Made by a program: the position numbers and the translations under genes. A model generated the notes under the pieces. That model had not been told where the DNA came from and did no database searches. It saw only the letters and a program-made list of their open reading frames with translations. DNA of 34,643 nt. Origin: Brachybacterium sp. (lineage in GTDB: Bacteria > Actinomycetota > Actinomycetes > Actinomycetales > Dermabacteraceae). The stretch spans positions 1 through 34,643 of the forward strand of contig JAKDNE010000001.1 in assembly GCA_030451965.1 (NCBI GenBank), read 5' to 3'. Positions 27,209 through 34,643 of this stretch are shown here, piece by piece. The number at the start of each line of letters is the position of its first letter. Position 1 is the first letter of the stretch.

Positions 27209-28807
27209 GTGAGCACCGTCCATCTCGGTTTCCCTGCCGTGCGACCGCAGCATGCCTCGCCCAGCTCGCGGCTGCGCGGTGAGCGCGGTTTCCCCGAGGC
27301 GGCGCGGGAGGAGCTCGGTGATGGGACGTTGCGCGAGAACCTTCGCCGCGCCACCTCGTCGATCCAGTCCAAACGCGCCTCGGCGGTGCGCGAGGTGCGT
27401 GACTGGCAGAAGCTGCGCAATGCCGGCAGCGCGTTGAAGTGGCAGGTCACCGATCACCTCCCGGAACTGCTGGAGCAGCTCGAGGCCTCCGTGGCCGCGG
27501 CCGGCGGAGTGGTGCACTGGGCGCGTGATGCCGAAGAGGCCGGGGAGATCGTCACCCGTCTGGCGCTTGAGCGCGGTGCCCAGGAGGTGCTGAAGGTCAC
27601 GTCGTCAGCGACTCAAGAGATCGGGCTCGACGAGGTGCTCGGCCACGCCGGGATCCGGGCGATCGAGTCCGATCTCGCCGAGCTCATCGTGCAGCTCGCC
27701 AGGGACGCCCCGTCCCCTCTCCTGCTTCCCGCGATCCACCGCAACCGGTCCGAGATCCGGGAGATCTTCCTGGCGACCATGCCGGATCTGGACCCGTCGA
27801 TCACCGATGAGCCGGCTGAGCTGGCCGCGGCCGCGCGCCGTCTCCTGCGCGAGAAGTTCCTGGACATGCCCGGCTCGGTGGCGATCTCCGGGGCAGACTT
27901 CGCGGTGGCCGACACCGGCACCATGGTGGTCGTCGAGTCCGAGGGCAACGGACGCATGTGCCTGACCCTGCCGAGAACCCTCATCTCCGTGGTCGGCATC
28001 GAGGCGATCGTGCCGAGCTTCCAGGATCTGGAGGTGTTCCTGCAGCTGCTCCCCCGCTCCTCCACCGGAGAGCGGATGAGCCCGTGCACGACCCTGTTCA
28101 CCGGCGTCCATGAGGGGGACGGACCCGAGGAGTTCCATCTCGTGCTGCTGGACAACGGTCGCTCCGCGGTGCTCGAGGACCCGGAGGGACGCAGCGCTCT
28201 GCACTGCATCCAATGCTCTGCGTGCCTGAACGTCTGCCCGGTCTACCAACGCACGGGTGGTCAGGCTTACGGCTCCACCTATCCCGGTCCGATCGGCGCG
28301 ATCCTCTCGCCGCAGATGACGGGGATGCACGGGAGCGATGATCCGAACTCGACGTTGCCGTATGCCTCGAGCCTGTGCGGCGCCTGCTACGACGTGTGCC
28401 CCGTCAAGATCAACATCCCCGAGGTCCTCGTGCATCTGCGGGCGAAGGACGTCGACCGGCGGCGGGAGACCCGCGGCGACTTCCACGGCACCTGGGACGT
28501 GGCGCTGCAGGGCGCGAGCAAGCTGATGGCCTCGCCTCGCGCCTACGACCTCGCGGTGCGCTCGGCCGGTCCGCTCAGCTCGGTGCTGCCCGGGAAGAAC
28601 ATCGGCAAGCTGCCCGGTGTGCTGCCGTTGATGACGGGGTGGACCGATCATCGTGATCTGCCCAAGCCCGGTGCCTCGTTCCGCACCTGGTGGGACCAGC
28701 ATGAGAAGGACCGCGCTGCGCAGGAGCCGGCGCATGGACCGGAGGGCGGCAGCGCCGCTGCCACCACGGACGATGATCCTGGCTCCACGGACGAGGAGCG
28801 CTCATGA
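27209..28807 (+). CDS. lutB: Lactate utilization protein B (Fe-S subunit), divergent at several usually conserved residues
   Basis: DLAELIVQL, PAIH, ESEGNGR, LLPRSSTG, GPEEFHLVLLDNGR, CxxCxxCxxxCP, YPGPIG and CGACYDVCPVKI motifs; GGAGGAG RBS. Confidence 0.92.
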   Translation: MSTVHLGFPAVRPQHASPSSRLRGERGFPEAAREELGDGTLRENLRRATSSIQSKRASAVREVRDWQKLRNAGSALKWQVTDHLPELLEQLEASVAAAGGVVHWARDAEEAGEIVTRLALERGAQEVLKVTSSATQEIGLDEVLGHAGIRAIESDLAELIVQLARDAPSPLLLPAIHRNRSEIREIFLATMPDLDPSITDEPAELAAAARRLLREKFLDMPGSVAISGADFAVADTGTMVVVESEGNGRMCLTLPRTLISVVGIEAIVPSFQDLEVFLQLLPRSSTGERMSPCTTLFTGVHEGDGPEEFHLVLLDNGRSAVLEDPEGRSALHCIQCSACLNVCPVYQRTGGQAYGSTYPGPIGAILSPQMTGMHGSDDPNSTLPYASSLCGACYDVCPVKINIPEVLVHLRAKDVDRRRETRGDFHGTWDVALQGASKLMASPRAYDLAVRSAGPLSSVLPGKNIGKLPGVLPLMTGWTDHRDLPKPGASFRTWWDQHEKDRAAQEPAHGPEGGSAAATTDDDPGSTDEERS

Positions 28808-29613
28808 GCGAGTGGACGGATGCCCGCCCCGCACGCACCCCGGGGATGACCGCGAAGGAGGAGATCCTCGCCCGCGTACGGGCCGCGCTGGCGGTCCCGC
28901 GCCGCGATGAGGTCACCGAGGCCGCCGACGTGCCTCGCGCCTACCAGCGGGCCGATGACAAGCAGGAGGTCCGCACCGCGCCCGAGAAGATGCGCCGCGT
29001 GCTGGTCCGGCGCCTCGAGGACTGCACCGCGACAGTCCATCGCGCCACCGCGGCCACCGCCCCGGCGATGATCTCCGCCGCGCTGGGCGAGGCACGCAGT
29101 GCGGTGGTCCCCTCCGGTCTGCCCGCGTCCTGGCTCACGCAGGTCGACGCCTCGCTGGTGGTCGACGACGGCACCGCTGCTGCACATGAGCTCGACGAGT
29201 TCGACGCGGTGCTCACCGGCTGCCATACGGCGATCGCCCTGACCGGAACGCTCGTGCTGCGCAGCGATGACCTGGGCGGACGTCGCGCGATCAGTCACGT
29301 GCCCGACTGCCACGTGATCGTCGTCGAGGCCGACCAGGTGGTGCTCGGCGTCCCCAAGGCGATAGAACGCATGGCGACGGATCCCTGCGCGGCCTGGACC
29401 ATGATCTCCGGCCCCAGCGCGACCAGCGACATCGAACTCGAACGGGTCGAGGGCATGCACGGCCCCCGACGCCTCGAGGTGGTCCTGATCGAGCCGGAGC
29501 CTGACCCCACCCCCGAGCCGGAGACGGCGTCCGCACCAAAGGCCGCACCAGAGCCTGTCCCGGATCCCGCACCGCCGGCCGCACCGGCCACCACCCAGGA
29601 GAAGACCTCATGA
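28804..29613 (+). CDS. lutC: Lactate utilization protein C (LUD domain) with Pro-rich tail
   Basis: AKEEILARVR, GRRA and ISGPSATSDIEL.RVEG.HGPR motifs; ATGA overlap with lutB. Confidence 0.9.
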   Translation: MSEWTDARPARTPGMTAKEEILARVRAALAVPRRDEVTEAADVPRAYQRADDKQEVRTAPEKMRRVLVRRLEDCTATVHRATAATAPAMISAALGEARSAVVPSGLPASWLTQVDASLVVDDGTAAAHELDEFDAVLTGCHTAIALTGTLVLRSDDLGGRRAISHVPDCHVIVVEADQVVLGVPKAIERMATDPCAAWTMISGPSATSDIELERVEGMHGPRRLEVVLIEPEPDPTPEPETASAPKAAPEPVPDPAPPAAPATTQEKTS

Positions 29614-30575
29614 ACGATGCCACAGAGACCATGGGCCTCGATCTGTCCGCCGACGGCGCAGCCCGTGACCGCGGCGAGCTGTTCACCCTCGATGCCGGGA
29701 CCTACCGAGCGGAGATCTCCTCGGTGGGAGCAACCCTCGAATCCCTCACCGTCGACGGTCGCGACCTGCTGGTGCGCAACCCCGAGACCGGTCCCATGCA
29801 GTTCCACCGCGGGGCGATCGTCGCGCCATGGCCGAATCGGATCGGCGACGGCACATACACCTGGGACGGCCAGGAGATCCGCACCGCGCTCACCGAGCCC
29901 GAGCGGGGCAACGCGCTCCACGGCCTGATCTCCTTCCAGGCCTTCACCCCGGCGACCCTCTCGGAGGACGAGCTGGTCCTGCGCACCGAGCTCTTCCCCT
30001 CCACCGGGTACCCCTTCCACCTGCTGCTGACGGTGCACTACGCGCTGGATCCGCAGGAGGGCCTCAGCACCACGATGACCGCCCGCAACCTCGGTGCACA
30101 GGACGCTCCCTACGGGGCGTGCCCGCATCCGTACCTGGTCGCCGGGACGGAGCCTCTGGATACGTGGTCGCTGCAGGTCGAGGCCGGGACCGTGCTCACC
30201 GTCACCGAGGATCGACTGCTGCCCACCGGCACAGCCCCGGTCGCCCCCGGCAGCGACGTCGACTTCCGGACCGCGAAGCCGCTCGGCCCGCTGTTCCTCG
30301 ACCACGCCTTCACCGATCTGGGCCGCGACGCCCAGGACCGCGTGGTGGTGACCGTCTCCGCGCCCGGCGGCACCGGGGTGGAGCTGAGCGCCGGCCCGGA
30401 GTGCCCGTGGTTGCAGATCCACACCGGTGACCGCCCGGAACCGGAGAACAACCGGCTCGGGCTCGCCGTGGAACCGATGACCTGCCCGCCCGATGCCTTT
30501 CGCAGCGGCACCGACGTGGTGCGCCTGGTCCCGGGCGCGGAGCATGCCGCGGCCTGGACCCTGCGGGGCTGGTGA
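29610..30575 (+). CDS. Aldose 1-epimerase (mutarotase) family protein
   Basis: APWPNRIGDG.Y, ALHGL, GYPF, HPY, LDHAF, WLQ and AVEPMTCPPDAF motifs; ATGA overlap with lutC. Confidence 0.92.
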   Translation: MNDATETMGLDLSADGAARDRGELFTLDAGTYRAEISSVGATLESLTVDGRDLLVRNPETGPMQFHRGAIVAPWPNRIGDGTYTWDGQEIRTALTEPERGNALHGLISFQAFTPATLSEDELVLRTELFPSTGYPFHLLLTVHYALDPQEGLSTTMTARNLGAQDAPYGACPHPYLVAGTEPLDTWSLQVEAGTVLTVTEDRLLPTGTAPVAPGSDVDFRTAKPLGPLFLDHAFTDLGRDAQDRVVVTVSAPGGTGVELSAGPECPWLQIHTGDRPEPENNRLGLAVEPMTCPPDAFRSGTDVVRLVPGAEHAAAWTLRGW

Positions 30576-30602
30576 ACGGCGAGCCCCTCCCGCCCCGGCA
30601 TG

Positions 30603-30640
30603 AGCACAGGCCCGTCACCGATCGGTGACGGGCCTGTGCT
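30603..30640. terminator. Perfect 38-bp palindrome between convergent aldose epimerase and lsr2 genes (bidirectional terminator)
   Basis: AGCACAGGCCCGTCACCGA|TCGGTGACGGGCCTGTGCT is an exact reverse complement. Confidence 0.7.
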
Positions 30641-30688
30641 GTGCTCGATGCGCTCCCCTGCCGCGCCGCGGCCGGGATGCGCACGAGA

Positions 30689-31018
30689 TCACTCCGCGTG
30701 GGCCTCTTCGTACGCCTTGCGGATGGTGCCGGAGATGCGGCCGCGATCCGGGACCTCGTAGCCGGCGCCGCGAGCCCACTCCCGGATCTTGGCGGAATCG
30801 TTCGAGCTGCTGCGGCCGGAAGCGGTCCCGCGAGAACGACGACCGCCCACCCGGCGCGCCTTCTCCACCCAGCTGCCGAGCTCCTCACGGAGCTTCGAGG
30901 CATTCGCCTCCGACAGGTCGATCTCGTAGGCGACTCCGTCCAGGGCGAAGTTCACCGTCTCGTCGGCCTTGTCGCCACTGAGATCGTCGATGAGCTCCAC
31001 GTAGGTCTTCCGTGCCAT
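30689..31018 (-). CDS. lsr2: Nucleoid-associated protein Lsr2
   Basis: MARK..V.LIDDL.G, F.LDG..YEIDLS, IREWAR..GY.V.DRGRI (RGR AT-hook); downstream of lysS. Confidence 0.96.
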   Translation of the reverse strand: MARKTYVELIDDLSGDKADETVNFALDGVAYEIDLSEANASKLREELGSWVEKARRVGGRRSRGTASGRSSSNDSAKIREWARGAGYEVPDRGRISGTIRKAYEEAHAE

Positions 31019-31134
31019 AGGGGTTCTCCCTTGCTGGTCTGATGACATCTTCTCGTGCGAACCCTGGTGAGTTCGCCATCCGTCCCCAGTATCGGTCGAA
31101 AACCCCAAGATTTCAATCCACTACCGATATCGGC

Positions 31135-31317
31135 TCAGGCGGAGTGATTCTGTTCATCGCCGTCGCGCCGTTCACGGTATTCCCGTTCGGCCTCGCGTTC
31201 GATCTCTCGTTCATGCCGGTCCACGCGCATCACCGCACGCATCACGAACCAGAAAAGCAGTCCCACCCCGAGGGAAGGGAGCAGCGCGCCGGCTTCGAAC
31301 CAGAACCCGGAACCCAT
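31135..31317 (-). CDS. Small single-TM membrane protein coupled to lysS
   Basis: ALLPSLGVGLLFWFVMRAVMRVDR.ER; ATG 1 nt after the lysS stop, with GGAGG just upstream. Confidence 0.75.
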   Translation of the reverse strand: MGSGFWFEAGALLPSLGVGLLFWFVMRAVMRVDRHEREIEREAEREYRERRDGDEQNHSA

Positions 31318-31318
31318 C

Positions 31319-32827
31319 TCAGGCCTCCGGCTTCACGAGCGGGAACAGAATGGTCTCGCGGATTCCCAGGCCCGTCAGCGCCATGAGAAGTCGGTCCACA
31401 CCCATGCCCATCCCTCCGGTCGGCGGCAGTGCGTACTCCATCGCCTCGAGGAAATCCTCGTCCAGACGCATCGCCTCGTCATCCCCCTGTGCGGCGAGCT
31501 GTGCCTGCTGGGCGAACCGCTCACGCTGGATCACCGGATCGACCAGCTCCGAATATCCGGTGCCGAGCTCGAACCCGCGCACGTAGAGGTCCCACTTCTC
31601 GACCACACCGGGCTGCGTACGATGGGCACGCACCAGCGGACTCGTCTCGACCGGGAAGTCACGCACGAAGGTCGGCTCGTAGAGATGATCGCCGACGCGA
31701 TTCTCGAACAGCTCCTCGACGAGCTTTCCGTGGCCGAACTTCGGGTGATCAAGATCAAGATCGAGGGAACGGGCGATCTCGCGAAGCCGCTCGGGCGAGG
31801 TCTCGGGGGTGATCTCCTCCCCGAGGGATTCCGAGAGCGATCCGTAGATCGTGATCTGCGCCCATTCTCCCGAGAAGTCGTACTCCGATCCGTCGGTGAG
31901 TGTGACGATCTGGGAACCGGTGGCGTGCTCGGCCGCTTCCTGCACCAGCCGCTGGGTGAGATCACCGATCGTGTCGTAATCCCCGTACGCCTGATAGGCC
32001 TCGAGCATCGCGAACTCGGGGGAATGCGTGGAATCCGCACCCTCATTGCGGAAATTGCGGTTGATCTCGAAGACCTTCTCGAGACCGCCCACGGCGGCCC
32101 GCTTCAGGAACAGTTCCGGGGCGATGCGCAGGTAGAGGTCCAGGTCGAAGGCGTTCATATGGGTGACGAACGGCCGGGCCGCGGCGCCGGACGGGATCAC
32201 CTGCAGCATCGGCGTCTCGACCTCGACGAAGTCACGGTCGTGGAAGGAGGTGCGCAACGAGTGCATGACCTCGGCCCGCTGGCGCACGGTGTCGCGGGAC
32301 TCCTGGCGCACGATGAGGTCGACGTAGCGGTGCCGGACCCGCGACTCCTCGGAGAGACCGGCATGGAGGACCGGGAGCGGTCGCACGGCCTTCGCCGCCA
32401 TCTGCCAGGTGTCGGCGAAGATGCTCAGCTCGCCGCGGCGAGAGGTGCCCACCCGGCCGTGGAAGAAGACGTGGTCGCCGAGATCGACGTCGGCCTTGAG
32501 ATCGTTCAGCCGCTCCTCACCGATGACCGCCTGCGAGGCCATGATCTGCAGGCGCTGACCGGCTCCGTCCTGGAGGGTGATGAAGGCCAGCTTTCCCTTG
32601 TTGCGCTGGAAGACGACGCGGCCGGCGACGCCGACGACGTCCTGCGTCTCCTCACCGGCCTCGAGATCGCCGTACTGTGCACGCACCTCGGCGATGGTGG
32701 CGGTCACCGGCACCGCGACGGGATAGGCCTCCTCGCCGCGCGCCAGCAGCCGTTCCCGCTTGGACTTGCGGACCGCGACCTGGTCGGAGGTGTCCGTCGT
32801 GTCGAGGGCAGGGAGATTCTCGCTCAT
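31319..32827 (-). CDS. lysS: Lysine--tRNA ligase (class II)
   Basis: OB-fold AGRV..R..GKL.F, EVETPML, GAAARPF.TH, LRIAPEL.LKR, FRNEG.D.THSPEF and [13 protein letters not shown] motifs. Confidence 0.98.
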   Translation of the reverse strand: MSENLPALDTTDTSDQVAVRKSKRERLLARGEEAYPVAVPVTATIAEVRAQYGDLEAGEETQDVVGVAGRVVFQRNKGKLAFITLQDGAGQRLQIMASQAVIGEERLNDLKADVDLGDHVFFHGRVGTSRRGELSIFADTWQMAAKAVRPLPVLHAGLSEESRVRHRYVDLIVRQESRDTVRQRAEVMHSLRTSFHDRDFVEVETPMLQVIPSGAAARPFVTHMNAFDLDLYLRIAPELFLKRAAVGGLEKVFEINRNFRNEGADSTHSPEFAMLEAYQAYGDYDTIGDLTQRLVQEAAEHATGSQIVTLTDGSEYDFSGEWAQITIYGSLSESLGEEITPETSPERLREIARSLDLDLDHPKFGHGKLVEELFENRVGDHLYEPTFVRDFPVETSPLVRAHRTQPGVVEKWDLYVRGFELGTGYSELVDPVIQRERFAQQAQLAAQGDDEAMRLDEDFLEAMEYALPPTGGMGMGVDRLLMALTGLGIRETILFPLVKPEA

Positions 32828-32869
32828 GGCGCGATTGTCTCATCACTGCCGTCGGGAATGCCTGTCGGA

Positions 32870-33745
32870 TCAGGGTGCTGTCGCGACCGCCACAGCGGCG
32901 TCCAGCAGACGGGTGCCCTCGACGATGCCGGCGAGCACCACCAGGACCTCCCCGCGGTGCTCGGTCCCGATCGGCTCGAGGGTGGCAGGGTCCAGGGCAT
33001 GGGCGTAGTCCCAGTCGATCTCGGCGCGCTCGAGCGCCTCGATGAGCACGGTCCGGATCGCTCCCGCCGAGGGCGCGGCGGCGCGTGCGGCGGCGATCGT
33101 GCGGGACAGGGCGAGCGCCTGCTCCCGGCCCGCCTCGCCCAGGTACGCGTTGCGGCTGGAGCGGGCCAGGCCCGTCGGCTCGCGCTGGATCTCGACAGGT
33201 TCGATCCTCACCGGCAGGTCGAGGTCGCCGACCAGACGCTGGATGATCGCCAGCTGCTGGGCGTCCTTGCGGCCGAACACGCTCAGATGCGGGGTGGTCA
33301 GCTGCAGCAGCTTGGCCACCACGGTCACCACGCCGTCGAAATGGCCGGGGCGGGCCGCTCCTTCCAGGATCGTGCCCGCAGGGCCGGCGGTGACCGAGAC
33401 CATCGGGGGCAGCACCGGATACATCTCCTGGACCGACGGCGCGAAGACCACGTCGACCAGCCCGTCGACCAGAGTCAGGTCGTCCTCGAGGACGCGCGGA
33501 TACGCCTCGTAGTCCTCACCGGGGCCGAACTGGAGGGGGTTGACGAAGTCGGTGAGGATCACGTGATCGGCGAGCTCTCGGGCTCGTTCGACCAGCGCCA
33601 GGTGACCGGTGTGGAGCGCCCCCATGGTGAGCACCGCGGCGACGGTGCCGTCCATCGCCGCGCGCCGCTCTCGCAGCTCGGCCTTGGTGGTGACGAGCCT
33701 CGTGCGTACGCGGCGTGCGCCGCCGCGCGGCGGGTCCTGGGTCAT
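32870..33745 (-). CDS. panC: Pantoate--beta-alanine ligase
   Basis: TMGALHTGH, FVNPLQF, RPGHFDGV.TVV.KL, FGRKDAQQ, GLARSSRN and RLLD motifs. Confidence 0.95.
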   Translation of the reverse strand: MTQDPPRGGARRVRTRLVTTKAELRERRAAMDGTVAAVLTMGALHTGHLALVERARELADHVILTDFVNPLQFGPGEDYEAYPRVLEDDLTLVDGLVDVVFAPSVQEMYPVLPPMVSVTAGPAGTILEGAARPGHFDGVVTVVAKLLQLTTPHLSVFGRKDAQQLAIIQRLVGDLDLPVRIEPVEIQREPTGLARSSRNAYLGEAGREQALALSRTIAAARAAAPSAGAIRTVLIEALERAEIDWDYAHALDPATLEPIGTEHRGEVLVVLAGIVEGTRLLDAAVAVATAP

Positions 33746-34643
33746 GCGTCGTCCTCCCCGGGCGGCTGATCCTCCAGCAGCACCCGGATGCTCTCCCGGG
33801 TGTCCTCCGGGAGTCTCGCACGGGACAGGGCCGCCAGCGCCAGCGCACGGTAGGTGTCGGAGACGTCGCCTCGCTCACCCGGCGTCCCGGTGGCGTCGAG
33901 GTCCGACAGCGCGTCGAGGTGCGCCTGGACGGTGCCGGCGTCCCCGCGCACGACAGGCCCGGTCAGCGCCTTCGCCCCGTGGCGGAGCGACTCGTCCAGG
34001 GCCGCCTCCAGCAGCGGGCGCAGATAGGCGCCGGGATCGTCGATCCCCAGTCGGGACAGGGCCTCGCGCGCCTGGTCCACGAGGACGACGAGGTGGTTGG
34101 CCGCGTGCGCGAGACCGGCGTGGTACAGCGGCCGGTCGCCCTCGGCGATCACGACGGACTCCCCGCCGAGCTCGACTGCGAGGGCCGCGGCGACGGGCAG
34201 CAGATCGGGCGGAGCGGTGATCCCCATCGGGCAGCCGATCAGACGAGCGAGGTCGGACCGGGTGCCGGTGAAGGTCATCGCGGGGTGCAGGGCGAGGGTC
34301 GCGCTGCCCGCCCGGGCCAGCGGCGCCAGCACCTCGGTGCCGTAGCGCCCGGAGGTGTGCACGACCAGCTGCCCGCCGGGGACCATGCCGGTCGCTGCGA
34401 TGCCGGCCGCCAGCGGCGCCAGCTGATCGTCGGGCACGGCCAGCAGCAGCATCTCGCTGCGTTCGACGAGGGCCGGGACGTCCAGCAGCGGCACGTCCGG
34501 CAGCAGCGCTGCGGCGCGGTCTCGGGAGGAATCGGAGACGGCGTAGGCGCCGGTGATCGCGTGGCCCTCGGCGCGCAGTGCGGCGCCGAGCACAGCACCC
34601 ACCCGGCCCGCACCGATCACGCCGATGCCCAGGCGCGGCGGGG
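33742..34643 (-). CDS. Rossmann-like / DUF2520 domain oxidoreductase (PanG-like), 5' end beyond window
   Basis: LGIGVIGAGRVG, LAVPDD, HTSG, LHPAMTFTG, YHAGLAHAANH and LTGPVVRGD motifs; ATGA overlap with panC. Confidence 0.88.
   Translation of the reverse strand, partial: PPRLGIGVIGAGRVGAVLGAALRAEGHAITGAYAVSDSSRDRAAALLPDVPLLDVPALVERSEMLLLAVPDDQLAPLAAGIAATGMVPGGQLVVHTSGRYGTEVLAPLARAGSATLALHPAMTFTGTRSDLARLIGCPMGITAPPDLLPVAAALAVELGGESVVIAEGDRPLYHAGLAHAANHLVVLVDQAREALSRLGIDDPGAYLRPLLEAALDESLRHGAKALTGPVVRGDAGTVQAHLDALSDLDATGTPGERGDVSDTYRALALAALSRARLPEDTRESIRVLLEDQPPGEDDA

Noticed and set aside
31622-33769. 715-aa plus-strand ORF
   Set aside because: Antisense shadow of lysS and panC.

Overview
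High-GC actinobacterial chromosome segment. Gene content and order fit Micrococcales (Brachybacterium/Dermabacteraceae-like; taxonomy is inferred). It joins two conserved actinobacterial blocks. The left block is rsmI-pmt ... tRNA-Ala(CGC)-glpR/sepX-rimJ-like-5-FCL-fmdB-like-SAF-mscL. The right block is mutY-argA-like-dedA-clpC ... lsr2-lysS-panC-DUF2520. Accessory genes interrupt both blocks: (i) an orphan type VII secretion-type module (WXG100-led protein with a hydrophobic hairpin and 11-mer amphipathic tail, an acidic possibly EspG-like partner, and a divergent internally duplicated PH-like gene sharing a palindromic site); (ii) malQ, luxS, a stand-alone LysR substrate-binding domain and small hypotheticals beside the tRNA; (iii) a PLP fold-III enzyme, an FAD lactone oxidase and an inositol monophosphatase; (iv) a GH29 fucosidase with gene remnants, mqo, lutABC (LutB with many substitutions at usually conserved positions) and an aldose epimerase. 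About a dozen genes have a -10 hexamer 6-7 nt before the start codon (leaderless architecture), and clpC has tandem ClgR-type boxes. No integrase, transposase, rRNA or CRISPR array was seen. Family assignments come from motif recognition only; no database search was run.
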